The position numbers and the translations under genes are program-made. From the UHGV virus genome UHGV-0332375: a stretch of 22,040 bases of DNA; one strand, given 5' to 3'. The notes under the pieces are model-generated. The model saw nothing but the letters and a program-made list of their open reading frames with translations, was not told the origin of the DNA and ran no database searches. Origin of the DNA: a virus. Shown piece by piece: positions 1 through 7,475 of the stretch. Position 1 is the first letter of the stretch; the number at the start of each line of letters is the position of its first letter.

Positions 1-2
1 AT

Positions 3-42
3 AAAAAGCCGGAAAGAATATCAAATCTTCCCGGCTTTTTTA
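3..42 (-). terminator. Rho-independent terminator (bidirectional hairpin) downstream of the SymE-like gene
   Basis: Imperfect inverted repeat AGCCGGAAAG / CTTCCCGGCT (about 7-16 and 27-36) flanked by an A-run upstream and a T-run downstream on the plus strand; lies immediately 3' of the minus-strand ORF ending at 47. Confidence 0.6.
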
Positions 43-46
43 TTAT

Positions 47-340
47 TTAACTCTCGTTCAGCACACTAAACATCCCGTCACGCATCCCCTTAACTGACTG
101 TTTAACCTGATAAAGTTCCCTGCGCAGTTCCTGTACTTCGTTGTTATCCGCAAGCAGGATCAGGCAGCCTTCCGAGATCTTCACGGTAACGCCCGTGCCG
201 ATCTCAAATCCCGCTTCTCTCAGCCATTTGGCGCTGATTTTGATCACTGGTGTATCGCTGCGGTTGGGCAGATAACCCACGGTACAGCGACGCTGTGTTT
301 TGGAAATGGCGACTTCTGGCGTAATATCGCGTTCAGCCAT
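47..340 (-). CDS. SymE-family (type I toxin-like, AbrB/SpoVT-fold) protein
   Basis: 97-aa ORF; segment PVIKISAKWLREAGFEIGTGVTVKISEGCLILLA closely resembles the core of E. coli SymE (…[33 protein letters not shown]…) as recalled from memory; SD-like GAGG upstream of the ATG; followed by a terminator. Confidence 0.7.
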   Translation of the reverse strand: MAERDITPEVAISKTQRRCTVGYLPNRSDTPVIKISAKWLREAGFEIGTGVTVKISEGCLILLADNNEVQELRRELYQVKQSVKGMRDGMFSVLNES

Positions 341-421
341 GATTAACTACCTCTGTTAGTTGCTTATGGTGAGCGGTGGTTAAGGGTGGCAGCCCTTAAT
401 CATCGCGCTATCTCAATGTTA

Positions 422-814
422 TTACTGCGTTTTTCCTATCACATTATCTAAAATCTCAGAAACCAGCTTCTGCTTCGTTCGCGGTAACTGGCTGATGATC
501 TCGATCTGCTGTTCCAGCCGTGACGCCGGGCCGCGCTTGCTGCTTCTGCGTGGTGCTGGCAATCCGAGCAGTTCATCCAGCGACAGGTTCAGGATCTGTG
601 CCAGTTGTGGTAACAGCGCTGCCGAAACCTTGAGCTTCCCGCCTTCGTAATGCGCCATCGTCTGCTGTGCAATCCCTAACTGTTCTGCCAGTTGCGTCTG
701 TGTCAGTTGCTGTTCCTTACGTGCCTGTGCGATCCGTGCGCCAAGCTGCTTAAAAAACTGTTCGTCTTTGGTGTTCATGGCCTGCTGTAGCTGTCCTGTC
801 GTTAACACTGCCAT
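422..814 (-). CDS. XRE-family helix-turn-helix transcriptional regulator
   Basis: HTH signature LTQTQLAEQLGIAQQTMAHYEGGK. The ORF track gives 422-850 from a TTG codon; I prefer the ATG at 814-812, which has a GGGAG Shine-Dalgarno 7 nt upstream (130 aa). Divergent from the primase gene. Confidence 0.7.
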   Translation of the reverse strand: MAVLTTGQLQQAMNTKDEQFFKQLGARIAQARKEQQLTQTQLAEQLGIAQQTMAHYEGGKLKVSAALLPQLAQILNLSLDELLGLPAPRRSSKRGPASRLEQQIEIISQLPRTKQKLVSEILDNVIGKTQ

Positions 815-839
815 GATGTTACTCCCTGTTTTAAATAAC

Positions 840-928
840 TTGGTTGACAATACCCTAATATAGAGTACTCTGCAACAGAGTTATTTTTACCCTAAGTCTA
901 TTGACAGGTTTTTACAGGAGTTCCCGTT
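840..928. promoter_or_regulatory. Divergent promoter/operator region between the XRE regulator and the primase
   Basis: Two TTGACA hexamers (844-849, 901-906), two TACCCTAA direct repeats (851-858, 889-896), a perfect 10-bp palindrome AGAGTACTCT (863-872) overlapping inverted repeat ACTCTG…CAGAGT; AGGAG SD before the primase ATG at 929. Confidence 0.4.
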
Positions 929-3751
929 ATGGCCCGCATCCCGGAAGCAGAGTTGCAGCACCTGAAAGCCGCCGTCTCCTTAGTCGCCGTGGTTCAGGCG
1001 CAGGGGCGACAACTGGTTAAGAAAGGGAAGGACTTCACCACGCTGTGTCCGTTCCATGACGAGAAAACGCCGTCCTGTGTGATCTCGCCCGAGAAAAACC
1101 TGTATCACTGCTTCGGCTGTAACGCAGGCGGATCGGTGCTGAACTGGGTGATGCAGACGGAAAAACTCAGCCTGCGTAAGGCAGCGGAACGTCTGAAAGC
1201 GGAGCTGGGCGACAATCCCGCCGTGGTGCCGCTGGTCACCAGGGATGAGCCGGAAATCTTCGCGGACGATGAAGCGGGCCGCCAGAAGCTGCTGGGCCGC
1301 GTGGTGGAGTTCTACCATCACACGCTGCTGAACGCGCCGGAAGCGGTGGCGTACCTGGAAAAGCGCCGTCTTAACCATCCTGAACTGGTCGCTGCCTTCA
1401 AACTCGGCTTCGCCAACCGTACCCTGCCTTACCGCCTGCCCGCCGTTAAATCACGGGCGGGCGAGAAGATCCGCGCCCGGCTTAAGGGTGTGGGTGTGCT
1501 GCGCGAGTCCGGGCATGAACACTTCACCGGATCGCTGGTTGTGCCGGTGATGGATCTGAACGGGCAGATCCGCGAGATGTACGGGCGCAAGATCACCGAC
1601 AGGTTGCGCAGCGGTACGGCGTTACACCTGTACCTGCCCGGTGCTCACGGCGGCGTGTGGAACGAGCAGGCGCTGATCGGGTCATCCGTGGTTATCCTGT
1701 GCGAATCGCTGATCGACGCCATGTCGTTCTGGGTCGCCGGAGTCCGTAACGTCACGGCGGCTTACGGGGTGAACGGCTTCACCGGTGAGATGCGGGCCGC
1801 ACTGCTGGCACACGGCGTTAAGCAGGTGCTGATCGCCTACGACAACGATCCGGCGGGCAATGAGGCAGCGGTGAAACTGGCTTCTTCCTTAGCCGCTGAC
1901 GGGATCGCCACGTTCCGCGTACTGTTCCCGGCGGGCATGGATGCGAACGGTTATCTGTGCCAGGTGGCAGAGCCGGAACAGGCGTTCAGTGTGTTGCTGG
2001 ACGGCGCGGTGCCCATGAGTGACCTGGCTGACGTGGCGAGTATCGCGCCGCAGGCCAGCGCGGAGCCTGCACACCTCACTTCGTTAGCCGCTGATGTTGC
2101 CGCGCTTCCGGCAGTTAGTGCGCCTGCGCCGGGCGTCAGCGTGGAAACCCTGGCTGATGGCGAACTGATGGTAGCCTTACCGGGCGAACGCTGGACAATC
2201 CGGGGCGTAAGCCGCAAAACCAACGCGGCGGCGATGAAGGTTAACGCGCAGGTGCTGGACACGGAAAGCGGCGTGGTGTTCGCCGATGCGGTGGATATGA
2301 TGAGCGCCCGCAGTCGCGGCGGTTATGCGCGGGCCGCAGCGGCAGAGCTTGGCCTGGCAGAAGGCGATCTGCGTCGCTCGCTGGGTAAGGTGCTGCTGGC
2401 GCTGGAGCACTGGCAGGCCGCACCGGAGCCCGCGAATGCCGCCCCGGAGATGACGCCGGAAGATCGGGAGGCAGCGCTTGAGTTGTTGCGCTCGCCGGAT
2501 CTTGCATCACGCATCGCGGCAGACATGGCGGCGTGTGGTGTGGTGGGTGAGTCCACCAACCTGACGGCGGCGTATCTGGCGGCGGTGTCGCGTAAGCTGG
2601 ACAGGCCGCTGGCGGTGCTGATCCAGTCATCGAGCGCGGCGGGCAAATCCTCGCTGATGGATGCGGTGCTCAACCTGATCCCGCCGGAAGAACGCTTACA
2701 GTACAGCGCCATGACCGGGCAGAGCCTGTTCTACCTCGGTGAAACCAACCTGCAACACAAGATCCTCGCCATCGCGGAAGAAGAAGGTGTGCGCCAGGCG
2801 GCGTATGCGCTCAAGCTGTTGCAGTCGGACGGCGAGTTAACGATCGCGTCAACGGGTAAGGACGACGCCAGCGGTAACCTGGTCACGAAACAGTACACGG
2901 TAAAAGGCCCGGTGATGCTGATGCTGACCACCACCGCCATCGACGTTGACGAGGAGTTACTCAACCGTTGCCTGGTGCTGACGGTGAACGAGTCGCGGGA
3001 GCAGACGGAAGCGATCCATGCGGCGCAGCGTTACGCGCAGACGCTGGAAGGACTGCTGGCGGCTAACGAAAAAAGTTACATCACTCAGCTTCACCAGAAC
3101 GCGCAGCGGCTGTTACGTCCGCTCAACGTGGTGAACCCGTTCGCGTCACAGCTCACGTTCATGAGCGACAAAACCCGCACCCGGCGCGACCACATGAAAT
3201 ACCTGACGCTGATCCAGACGATCGCCCTGCTGCACCAGTATCAGCGGGAGATCAAACGTGTGGAGCATCGCGGGCAGGTGGTGGAGTACATCGAGGTGAC
3301 GCGGGAAGACATCGCGCTGGCGAACCGCCTGGCACATGAAATACTCGGGCGCACCCTGGACGAAATGCCGCCGCAGACCAGAAAGCTGTTGCTGCTGATC
3401 CAGACAATGGTCGGTGAACTGGCAGCGGCGCAGCACTGCAAACCCGGCGAGGTACGCTTCACGCGCCGGGAGATCCGCGACTTCACGCAGTGGAGCGACA
3501 ACCAGCTTAAAGTCCACTGTATGCGGCTGGCGGAAATGGAATACCTGCTGATCCACGGCGGCAGCCGGGGTCACCTGCTGCAATACGAGTTGCTGTGGGA
3601 CGGCAGCGGCGACGGCTCGCACCTGTGCGGCCTGATCGAACCGGAGGACAGCCCGGTGTATGACTCCGGCAAGTTGGGGCAGAACGCGGACAGGTTGCCC
3701 TTAAGTTGCCCACATGTTGGGGCTAAGTTGGGGCTAAGTTGGGGGCGGTAA
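929..3751 (+). CDS. DNA primase, DnaG-like (CHC2 zinc finger, TOPRIM) fused to a large C-terminal domain with a P-loop-like motif
   Basis: 940-aa ORF. N-terminus CPFHDEKTPSC…YHCFGCNAGGS matches the DnaG zinc-binding domain (E. coli DnaG CCPFHNEKTPSF…YHCFGCGAHG); TOPRIM-like ILCESLIDAMS and AYDNDPAGNEAA; Walker-A-like SSSAAGKSS in the C-terminal half. The last ~30 codons overlap an iteron-like repeat array, so the exact C-terminus is uncertain. Confidence 0.85.
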   Translation: MARIPEAELQHLKAAVSLVAVVQAQGRQLVKKGKDFTTLCPFHDEKTPSCVISPEKNLYHCFGCNAGGSVLNWVMQTEKLSLRKAAERLKAELGDNPAVVPLVTRDEPEIFADDEAGRQKLLGRVVEFYHHTLLNAPEAVAYLEKRRLNHPELVAAFKLGFANRTLPYRLPAVKSRAGEKIRARLKGVGVLRESGHEHFTGSLVVPVMDLNGQIREMYGRKITDRLRSGTALHLYLPGAHGGVWNEQALIGSSVVILCESLIDAMSFWVAGVRNVTAAYGVNGFTGEMRAALLAHGVKQVLIAYDNDPAGNEAAVKLASSLAADGIATFRVLFPAGMDANGYLCQVAEPEQAFSVLLDGAVPMSDLADVASIAPQASAEPAHLTSLAADVAALPAVSAPAPGVSVETLADGELMVALPGERWTIRGVSRKTNAAAMKVNAQVLDTESGVVFADAVDMMSARSRGGYARAAAAELGLAEGDLRRSLGKVLLALEHWQAAPEPANAAPEMTPEDREAALELLRSPDLASRIAADMAACGVVGESTNLTAAYLAAVSRKLDRPLAVLIQSSSAAGKSSLMDAVLNLIPPEERLQYSAMTGQSLFYLGETNLQHKILAIAEEEGVRQAAYALKLLQSDGELTIASTGKDDASGNLVTKQYTVKGPVMLMLTTTAIDVDEELLNRCLVLTVNESREQTEAIHAAQRYAQTLEGLLAANEKSYITQLHQNAQRLLRPLNVVNPFASQLTFMSDKTRTRRDHMKYLTLIQTIALLHQYQREIKRVEHRGQVVEYIEVTREDIALANRLAHEILGRTLDEMPPQTRKLLLLIQTMVGELAAAQHCKPGEVRFTRREIRDFTQWSDNQLKVHCMRLAEMEYLLIHGGSRGHLLQYELLWDGSGDGSHLCGLIEPEDSPVYDSGKLGQNADRLPLSCPHVGAKLGLSWGR

Positions 3752-3803
3752 AACCGCCTGTAAGCCGCGCCAGTACTGGCACTGATGCGCCGCAAGTTGG
3801 AGC
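3671..3803. repeat. Iteron-like array of AAGTTGGGGC-type repeats (putative replication origin of the primase-bearing element)
   Basis: Copies at 3671-3680, 3692-3700 (AGGTTGCCC), 3703-3711, 3714-3723, 3725-3734, 3736-3746 and 3793-3803; three are in exact 11-bp tandem register (3714-3746). Read by eye from the sequence. Confidence 0.5.
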
Positions 3804-3903
3804 AGATGAAAAAACACTGTTCCCGACAGCCAGGAAAACATCACATCGTAACAGTAATACGCCGGAAAGCCGCCCGACACCCCATGACACGGCTCCGACA
3901 GCT

Positions 3904-3985
3904 CTGTAAGCCGCTCCGTGTCTGTTGTTGCTAACCATTCGCATGTATAAACAAACAGTTCATTTTTTACAAAAAACGCGCTATA
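3904..3985. repeat. Left copy of an imperfect ~85-bp direct repeat (CTGTAAGCCGC … ATGTATAAACAAACAG … ACAAAAAACGCGCT)
   Basis: Aligns by eye with 6306-6385: identical 11-mer CTGTAAGCCGC, 15/16 match over ATGTATAA(A/G)CAAACAG, similar T-run/ACAAAA/CGCT tail. A third partial copy of the 11-mer is at 3758-3768. Marks the GC-rich to AT-rich transition. Confidence 0.6.
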
Positions 3986-4126
3986 TACATCAATAGGTTG
4001 GAAGATGGTTTCTCCCCATCGATTATGAGTGTTAAAGCATTTTTATGACAATATGGTCATATTTTTGACCTAAGCTTATTTAGATGGTAGGATACATAAC
4101 CGTGATAAAGTAAATGGGCTGTCATT

Positions 4127-5266
4127 ATGATTTTAAATTTTGGTGCGAAAAATTTCTTCAGCTTTAAGGAAGGATTTGATATTTCATTTGAGCTTGGTAA
4201 TACTTGCCCAAAAGAAATTTCAAATGGGAAAGGCGTAACGAATATCCTTTGTATCAAAGGGGCTAATGGTTCAGGTAAAACGAATATACTAAAGGCACTA
4301 AGTTTTTTAACTAGTTTTATCTCTAATTCTTTTGATCTTAAACCAAATGCATATTTGCAGTTTGATCCATATTTTAATAGTAAATCTGAATCTGATTTCT
4401 ATATAACATTTGTATTAGATAATGTTATTTACAGATATGAAGCGTCAATGACTGACGTTGAGGTTAAACGAGAAGCTCTTTATAGAAAAAGTAAACGAGA
4501 AACTAAAGTTATTGAACGTATCAACGATGCAGTTGTGTTCACAATTAAAGAGTTTGATGAATTAAAAAGTATTAAAATGCGAAAAAATGTATCCCTTTTT
4601 AGCATGGCAATGCAATATGATGTTGATTGTGTTAGAGCAATTCATGAAAGTTTTACTAGGGTTATATCAAACGTCAGATATTCAGGTTTATTGACAGAAG
4701 TGCACGAATTAGAATATTTAAACGAATTTTATCATAATAACCCAGATGTATTCGATTTTTGTAAAAAAATTATAATGAAATTCGACCCCTCTATTCATGA
4801 TATTTATATAGCTAAAAATATTAATGATGACGGGAAAGTTACTTACAGGCCTTGGTTTGAGTTTGAGTTTGATGGTGAAACTGATATTTTAAGTTTTAAC
4901 CTGCAATCAAGTGGAACAAAATCATTATATAAGCAGTTAGGAAGTTATAAAGCTGTCCTGGCATTAGGTGGAACGCTTGTACTTGATGAGTTTGACATAA
5001 ATCTTCATCCTCATATACTTCCACATTTATTAGGTATTTTTATTGATGAGGAGCAAAACCCATATAATGCTCAGTTAATATTTACAACTCATAATACTGA
5101 GATTCTGGATTTTTTAGGAAAACATCGAACATATTTAGTCAACAAAAATAAGACTGAAAGTTATTGTTATCGACTTGATGAAATCCCTAGCGATATTTTA
5201 AGGAATGATCGCCCCATAACACCAGCCTATAATCAAGGTAAGATTGGTGGAGTTCCAAATTTATGA
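4127..5266 (+). CDS. ABC/AAA_21-family ATPase (abortive-infection / defence-type ATPase)
   Basis: 379 aa; Walker A GANGSGKTNILKA near residue 45, Walker B LVLDEFDINLHP, TTHN motif near the C-terminus; N-terminal MILNFGAKNFFSFKE typical of AAA_15/AAA_21 ATPases; strongly AT-rich codon usage; candidate promoter TTGACC-N17-TAGGAT about 4065-4093. Confidence 0.8.
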   Translation: MILNFGAKNFFSFKEGFDISFELGNTCPKEISNGKGVTNILCIKGANGSGKTNILKALSFLTSFISNSFDLKPNAYLQFDPYFNSKSESDFYITFVLDNVIYRYEASMTDVEVKREALYRKSKRETKVIERINDAVVFTIKEFDELKSIKMRKNVSLFSMAMQYDVDCVRAIHESFTRVISNVRYSGLLTEVHELEYLNEFYHNNPDVFDFCKKIIMKFDPSIHDIYIAKNINDDGKVTYRPWFEFEFDGETDILSFNLQSSGTKSLYKQLGSYKAVLALGGTLVLDEFDINLHPHILPHLLGIFIDEEQNPYNAQLIFTTHNTEILDFLGKHRTYLVNKNKTESYCYRLDEIPSDILRNDRPITPAYNQGKIGGVPNL

Positions 5267-5766
5267 GCAGAAAGTTTGGAAACTCCAATGCTCAAAAATT
5301 TCTAAAGGGATTTGAGGGGTTAGCAAGTCTTGACTCTGCAGAGTGTAATTTGGCTAGGAGATGTAAATTTAATTTCTCTTATTTTATAAGTAACCAAAAA
5401 GCTTGTGGTAAATTGTCGGATTGGGATAAAGATACAATATGTGTTTTTTTTGACAAGTTAATTGATTACTCTTCGAAATCGTTAAGTGATTTACAAATGA
5501 TCGGTTTGGGAAAGAATCGAAAAAAATTACTTTCTATTTATGATTCTTTCCCCAAAAATAGTTTGTTTGAACAACCTAAAAACATTCCTCATCAGGCTCG
5601 GTGGGGACGAATTAGATTAGATCAGAATAAAAGACTGATTGGGTTTGTTATTCCTGATGATTATCATGGACAAAGACATGAAGGCACTGGAATGTATTAT
5701 GATAAAAATACATTTTATGTTGTTTTTATTGATAATAACCATGGTTTTTATCTTCTTAATAAATAG
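5263..5766 (+). CDS. Hypothetical 167-aa protein, translationally coupled partner of the AAA_21 ATPase
   Basis: Start ATG overlaps the ATPase stop (ATGA at 5263-5266); same AT-rich composition; no motif I can assign to a known effector family (no HNH, TOPRIM, TM segments). Confidence 0.65.
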   Translation: MSRKFGNSNAQKFLKGFEGLASLDSAECNLARRCKFNFSYFISNQKACGKLSDWDKDTICVFFDKLIDYSSKSLSDLQMIGLGKNRKKLLSIYDSFPKNSLFEQPKNIPHQARWGRIRLDQNKRLIGFVIPDDYHGQRHEGTGMYYDKNTFYVVFIDNNHGFYLLNK

Positions 5767-5952
5767 CATTATCACTTCGGTTATCTATATGGGATATATA
5801 GGTGACCGAATTTTTAAGAAAAATGTTTTTAGTTGTAAAAACACATTGCGATATTTATTTCAGCATGTGGAACTGTAAGTATCTCGCATAATCGAAGCAT
5901 TCACATTTAGAGATCTTCTGGCATATTCATTCTGCCAACGAAGGAGATCGTT

Positions 5953-6295
5953 ATGCGTAAAGCCCATTTTACTGAGCATCAGATCATCGCTGTGATTAAG
6001 TCGGTTGAAGCCGGACGAACTGTCAAGGATGTTTGCCGCGAGACCGGTTTCTCTGAAGCGACCTACTACAATTGGAAACCTAAATACGGTGGTATGGAAG
6101 CCTTTGATATTAAAAAGATAAAGGATTTTGAGGACGAGAACAGGCGTCTCAAACAGATGTTTGCTGACATATCAGCCTTGAGAACAGGGCATTGAGACGT
6201 TATCGGAAAAAGCTTTGAAACCAGTCTTTAAGCGTGAGCTGGTCACTCATCTGATAACGACGTTCGGGCTTAGTATCCGTCAGGCCTGCCCCGGA
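5953..6295 (+). mobile_element. Truncated IS3-family insertion sequence remnant (orfA plus start of orfB)
   Basis: ORF 5953-6195 has the HTH_Tnp_1 pattern (FTEHQIIAVIKSVEAGRTVKDVCRETGFSEATYYNWKPKYGGME, similar to IS407-group OrfA); a shifted frame after an A-rich slippery-like stretch (GGAAAAAG ~6205) reads …LKPVFKRELVTHLITTFGLSIRQAC…, typical of an OrfB N-terminus, then breaks off about 6295 where repeat copy C begins. Higher GC than the flanking cargo. Confidence 0.6.
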
Positions 6296-6305
6296 CTTTA
6301 ATTTG

Positions 6306-6385
6306 CTGTAAGCCGCGTGATTCGTGCCCTGACACCCCAAATATATGTATAAGCAAACAGATCTTTTATAACAAAACCGCTCTTT
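6306..6385. repeat. Right copy of the imperfect ~85-bp direct repeat (CTGTAAGCCGC … ATGTATAAGCAAACAG … ACAAAACCGCTC)
   Basis: See 3904-3985; abuts the truncated IS remnant. Confidence 0.6.
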
Positions 6386-6428
6386 ACGCTTCAGGACTTA
6401 TAATATCGTGATTCCCCACATGACATCA

Positions 6429-7427
6429 TCAAGGCGTCGTTGCTTGAGTTGGATTCAGTTCAGAAACATTTGCAGCTTCTGCTTGCTGGACTATAGCTGT
6501 ACGGCGTTTCCGCTTTTTCTTCGGTTTTGGGCTAGTCATCTCTTTAATCCCCAGCATTTCCATGACTTCTGGCTGAGGTGGATAGCAAATACCTATGTCA
6601 GCAGGAGGTGTTGAGTGTCGATGTTTTTCAACTAACGATTTTTCATTATTCCAACGTTTGCAGAGGAAAATAATTCCTTCGAAGTAACGTTCATCTCTTT
6701 TCTGTGCCTCGAGAAGAATGAAAAATGCTCTTCTTTCTAGCCCTTCTAAAAATCCACAAAAGCATTCTCTGAGAAGTTTCTCGTCAAGATCATTGGCCTT
6801 AATTCCTTGAGCTAAAAACTCAAAGAAATTAAGAAGGTACACCAACCCGTTAATCCCTTTCACAACTTCATCTGGGACTTTTGAGTTTTTGAATTTTGGA
6901 TGGTCCGGGTCATCTCTCCAAACACATAGCTCTTTTGGAACATGGCGATTACCTCTCCATAAGTGCGTGAAATTACGCAAATGCGTTTGGTATTCAGTAC
7001 ATGTCCTAGTGCTAAGAACAACATTTAAAGTATGTTTTCTTCGATCACTTGCAGCGGAGGTGATGAATTGGATCCACCACCCCATACCAGCGATTGAACC
7101 GGCAACAATGATTGAAAGAGCTGTTTGGTAGGCATCATTATAGCGAAGTACGTAATATGCCAGCAGGAAAAGTACCCAAACCACACCTCCGAAAAGAGGT
7201 AGTAGTGGGTTTGTATCTGGAAATTTGTTACTGATTTTGTAGACGCTATATAGTGTTGTAAATGTTGCAAATGTAATCATTAACCCAGCATCGAACACTG
7301 CGTAAAACCAAGATGCAGTCTGTACTGCGTTTAAATTAAGTAAAATTCTCGTAATTATGAGACTGATCAAGATGCCAACCAGGACACCAAGCAGTGTTTT
7401 AGTTTTACTTTTTATCCATCGGTACAT
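6429..7427 (-). CDS. Hypothetical multi-pass membrane protein with C-terminal soluble domain and basic tail
   Basis: 332 aa; about four hydrophobic segments in the first ~120 residues (LLGVLVGILISLIITRILL, LMITFATFTTLYSVY, LFGGVVWVLFLLAYYVL, IIVAGSIAGMGWWIQFI); C-terminal KPKKKRKRR tract; AT-rich; lies just outside the prophage int-proximal end. Confidence 0.65.
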   Translation of the reverse strand: MYRWIKSKTKTLLGVLVGILISLIITRILLNLNAVQTASWFYAVFDAGLMITFATFTTLYSVYKISNKFPDTNPLLPLFGGVVWVLFLLAYYVLRYNDAYQTALSIIVAGSIAGMGWWIQFITSAASDRRKHTLNVVLSTRTCTEYQTHLRNFTHLWRGNRHVPKELCVWRDDPDHPKFKNSKVPDEVVKGINGLVYLLNFFEFLAQGIKANDLDEKLLRECFCGFLEGLERRAFFILLEAQKRDERYFEGIIFLCKRWNNEKSLVEKHRHSTPPADIGICYPPQPEVMEMLGIKEMTSPKPKKKRKRRTAIVQQAEAANVSELNPTQATTP

Positions 7428-7448
7428 TCTGAAAACCTTTTTGACGAT

Positions 7449-7475
7449 GAAAAAAACTCCTCAAAATGAGGAGTT
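7449..7475 (-). terminator. Rho-independent terminator between the prophage int-proximal end and the cargo island
   Basis: Perfect 9-bp stem AACTCCTCA / TGAGGAGTT with AAA loop (7455-7475) preceded by an A-run on the plus strand (U-run for leftward transcripts); position analogous to lambda tI/sib downstream of int. Confidence 0.55.

Noticed and set aside
3671-3803. AAGTTGGGGC repeats considered as a CRISPR or REP element
   Set aside because: 11-bp units without spacers or palindromic REP structure; more consistent with iterons or protein-binding sites.
980-3944. Numerous antisense or out-of-frame ORFs overlapping the primase gene (980-1378, 1889-2074, 1951-2262, 2177-2410, 2241-2630, 2323-2712, 2731-2964, 3146-3622, 3241-3501, 3507-3713, 3571-3795, 3723-3944)
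   Set aside because: Typical open-frame artefacts of GC-rich DNA; Ala/Arg/Pro-rich low-complexity translations; all lie within or opposite a well-supported 940-aa primase ORF.
5639-5878. 79-aa hydrophobic ORF overlapping the end of the 167-aa gene
   Set aside because: Overlaps a better-supported gene in another frame; Ile/Leu/Phe-rich translation expected from AT-rich DNA; no SD.
6408-7270. Plus-strand ORFs 6408-6614 and 6889-7131 and minus ORF 7025-7270 inside the membrane-protein gene
   Set aside because: Nested in or antisense to the 332-aa ORF; no independent support.
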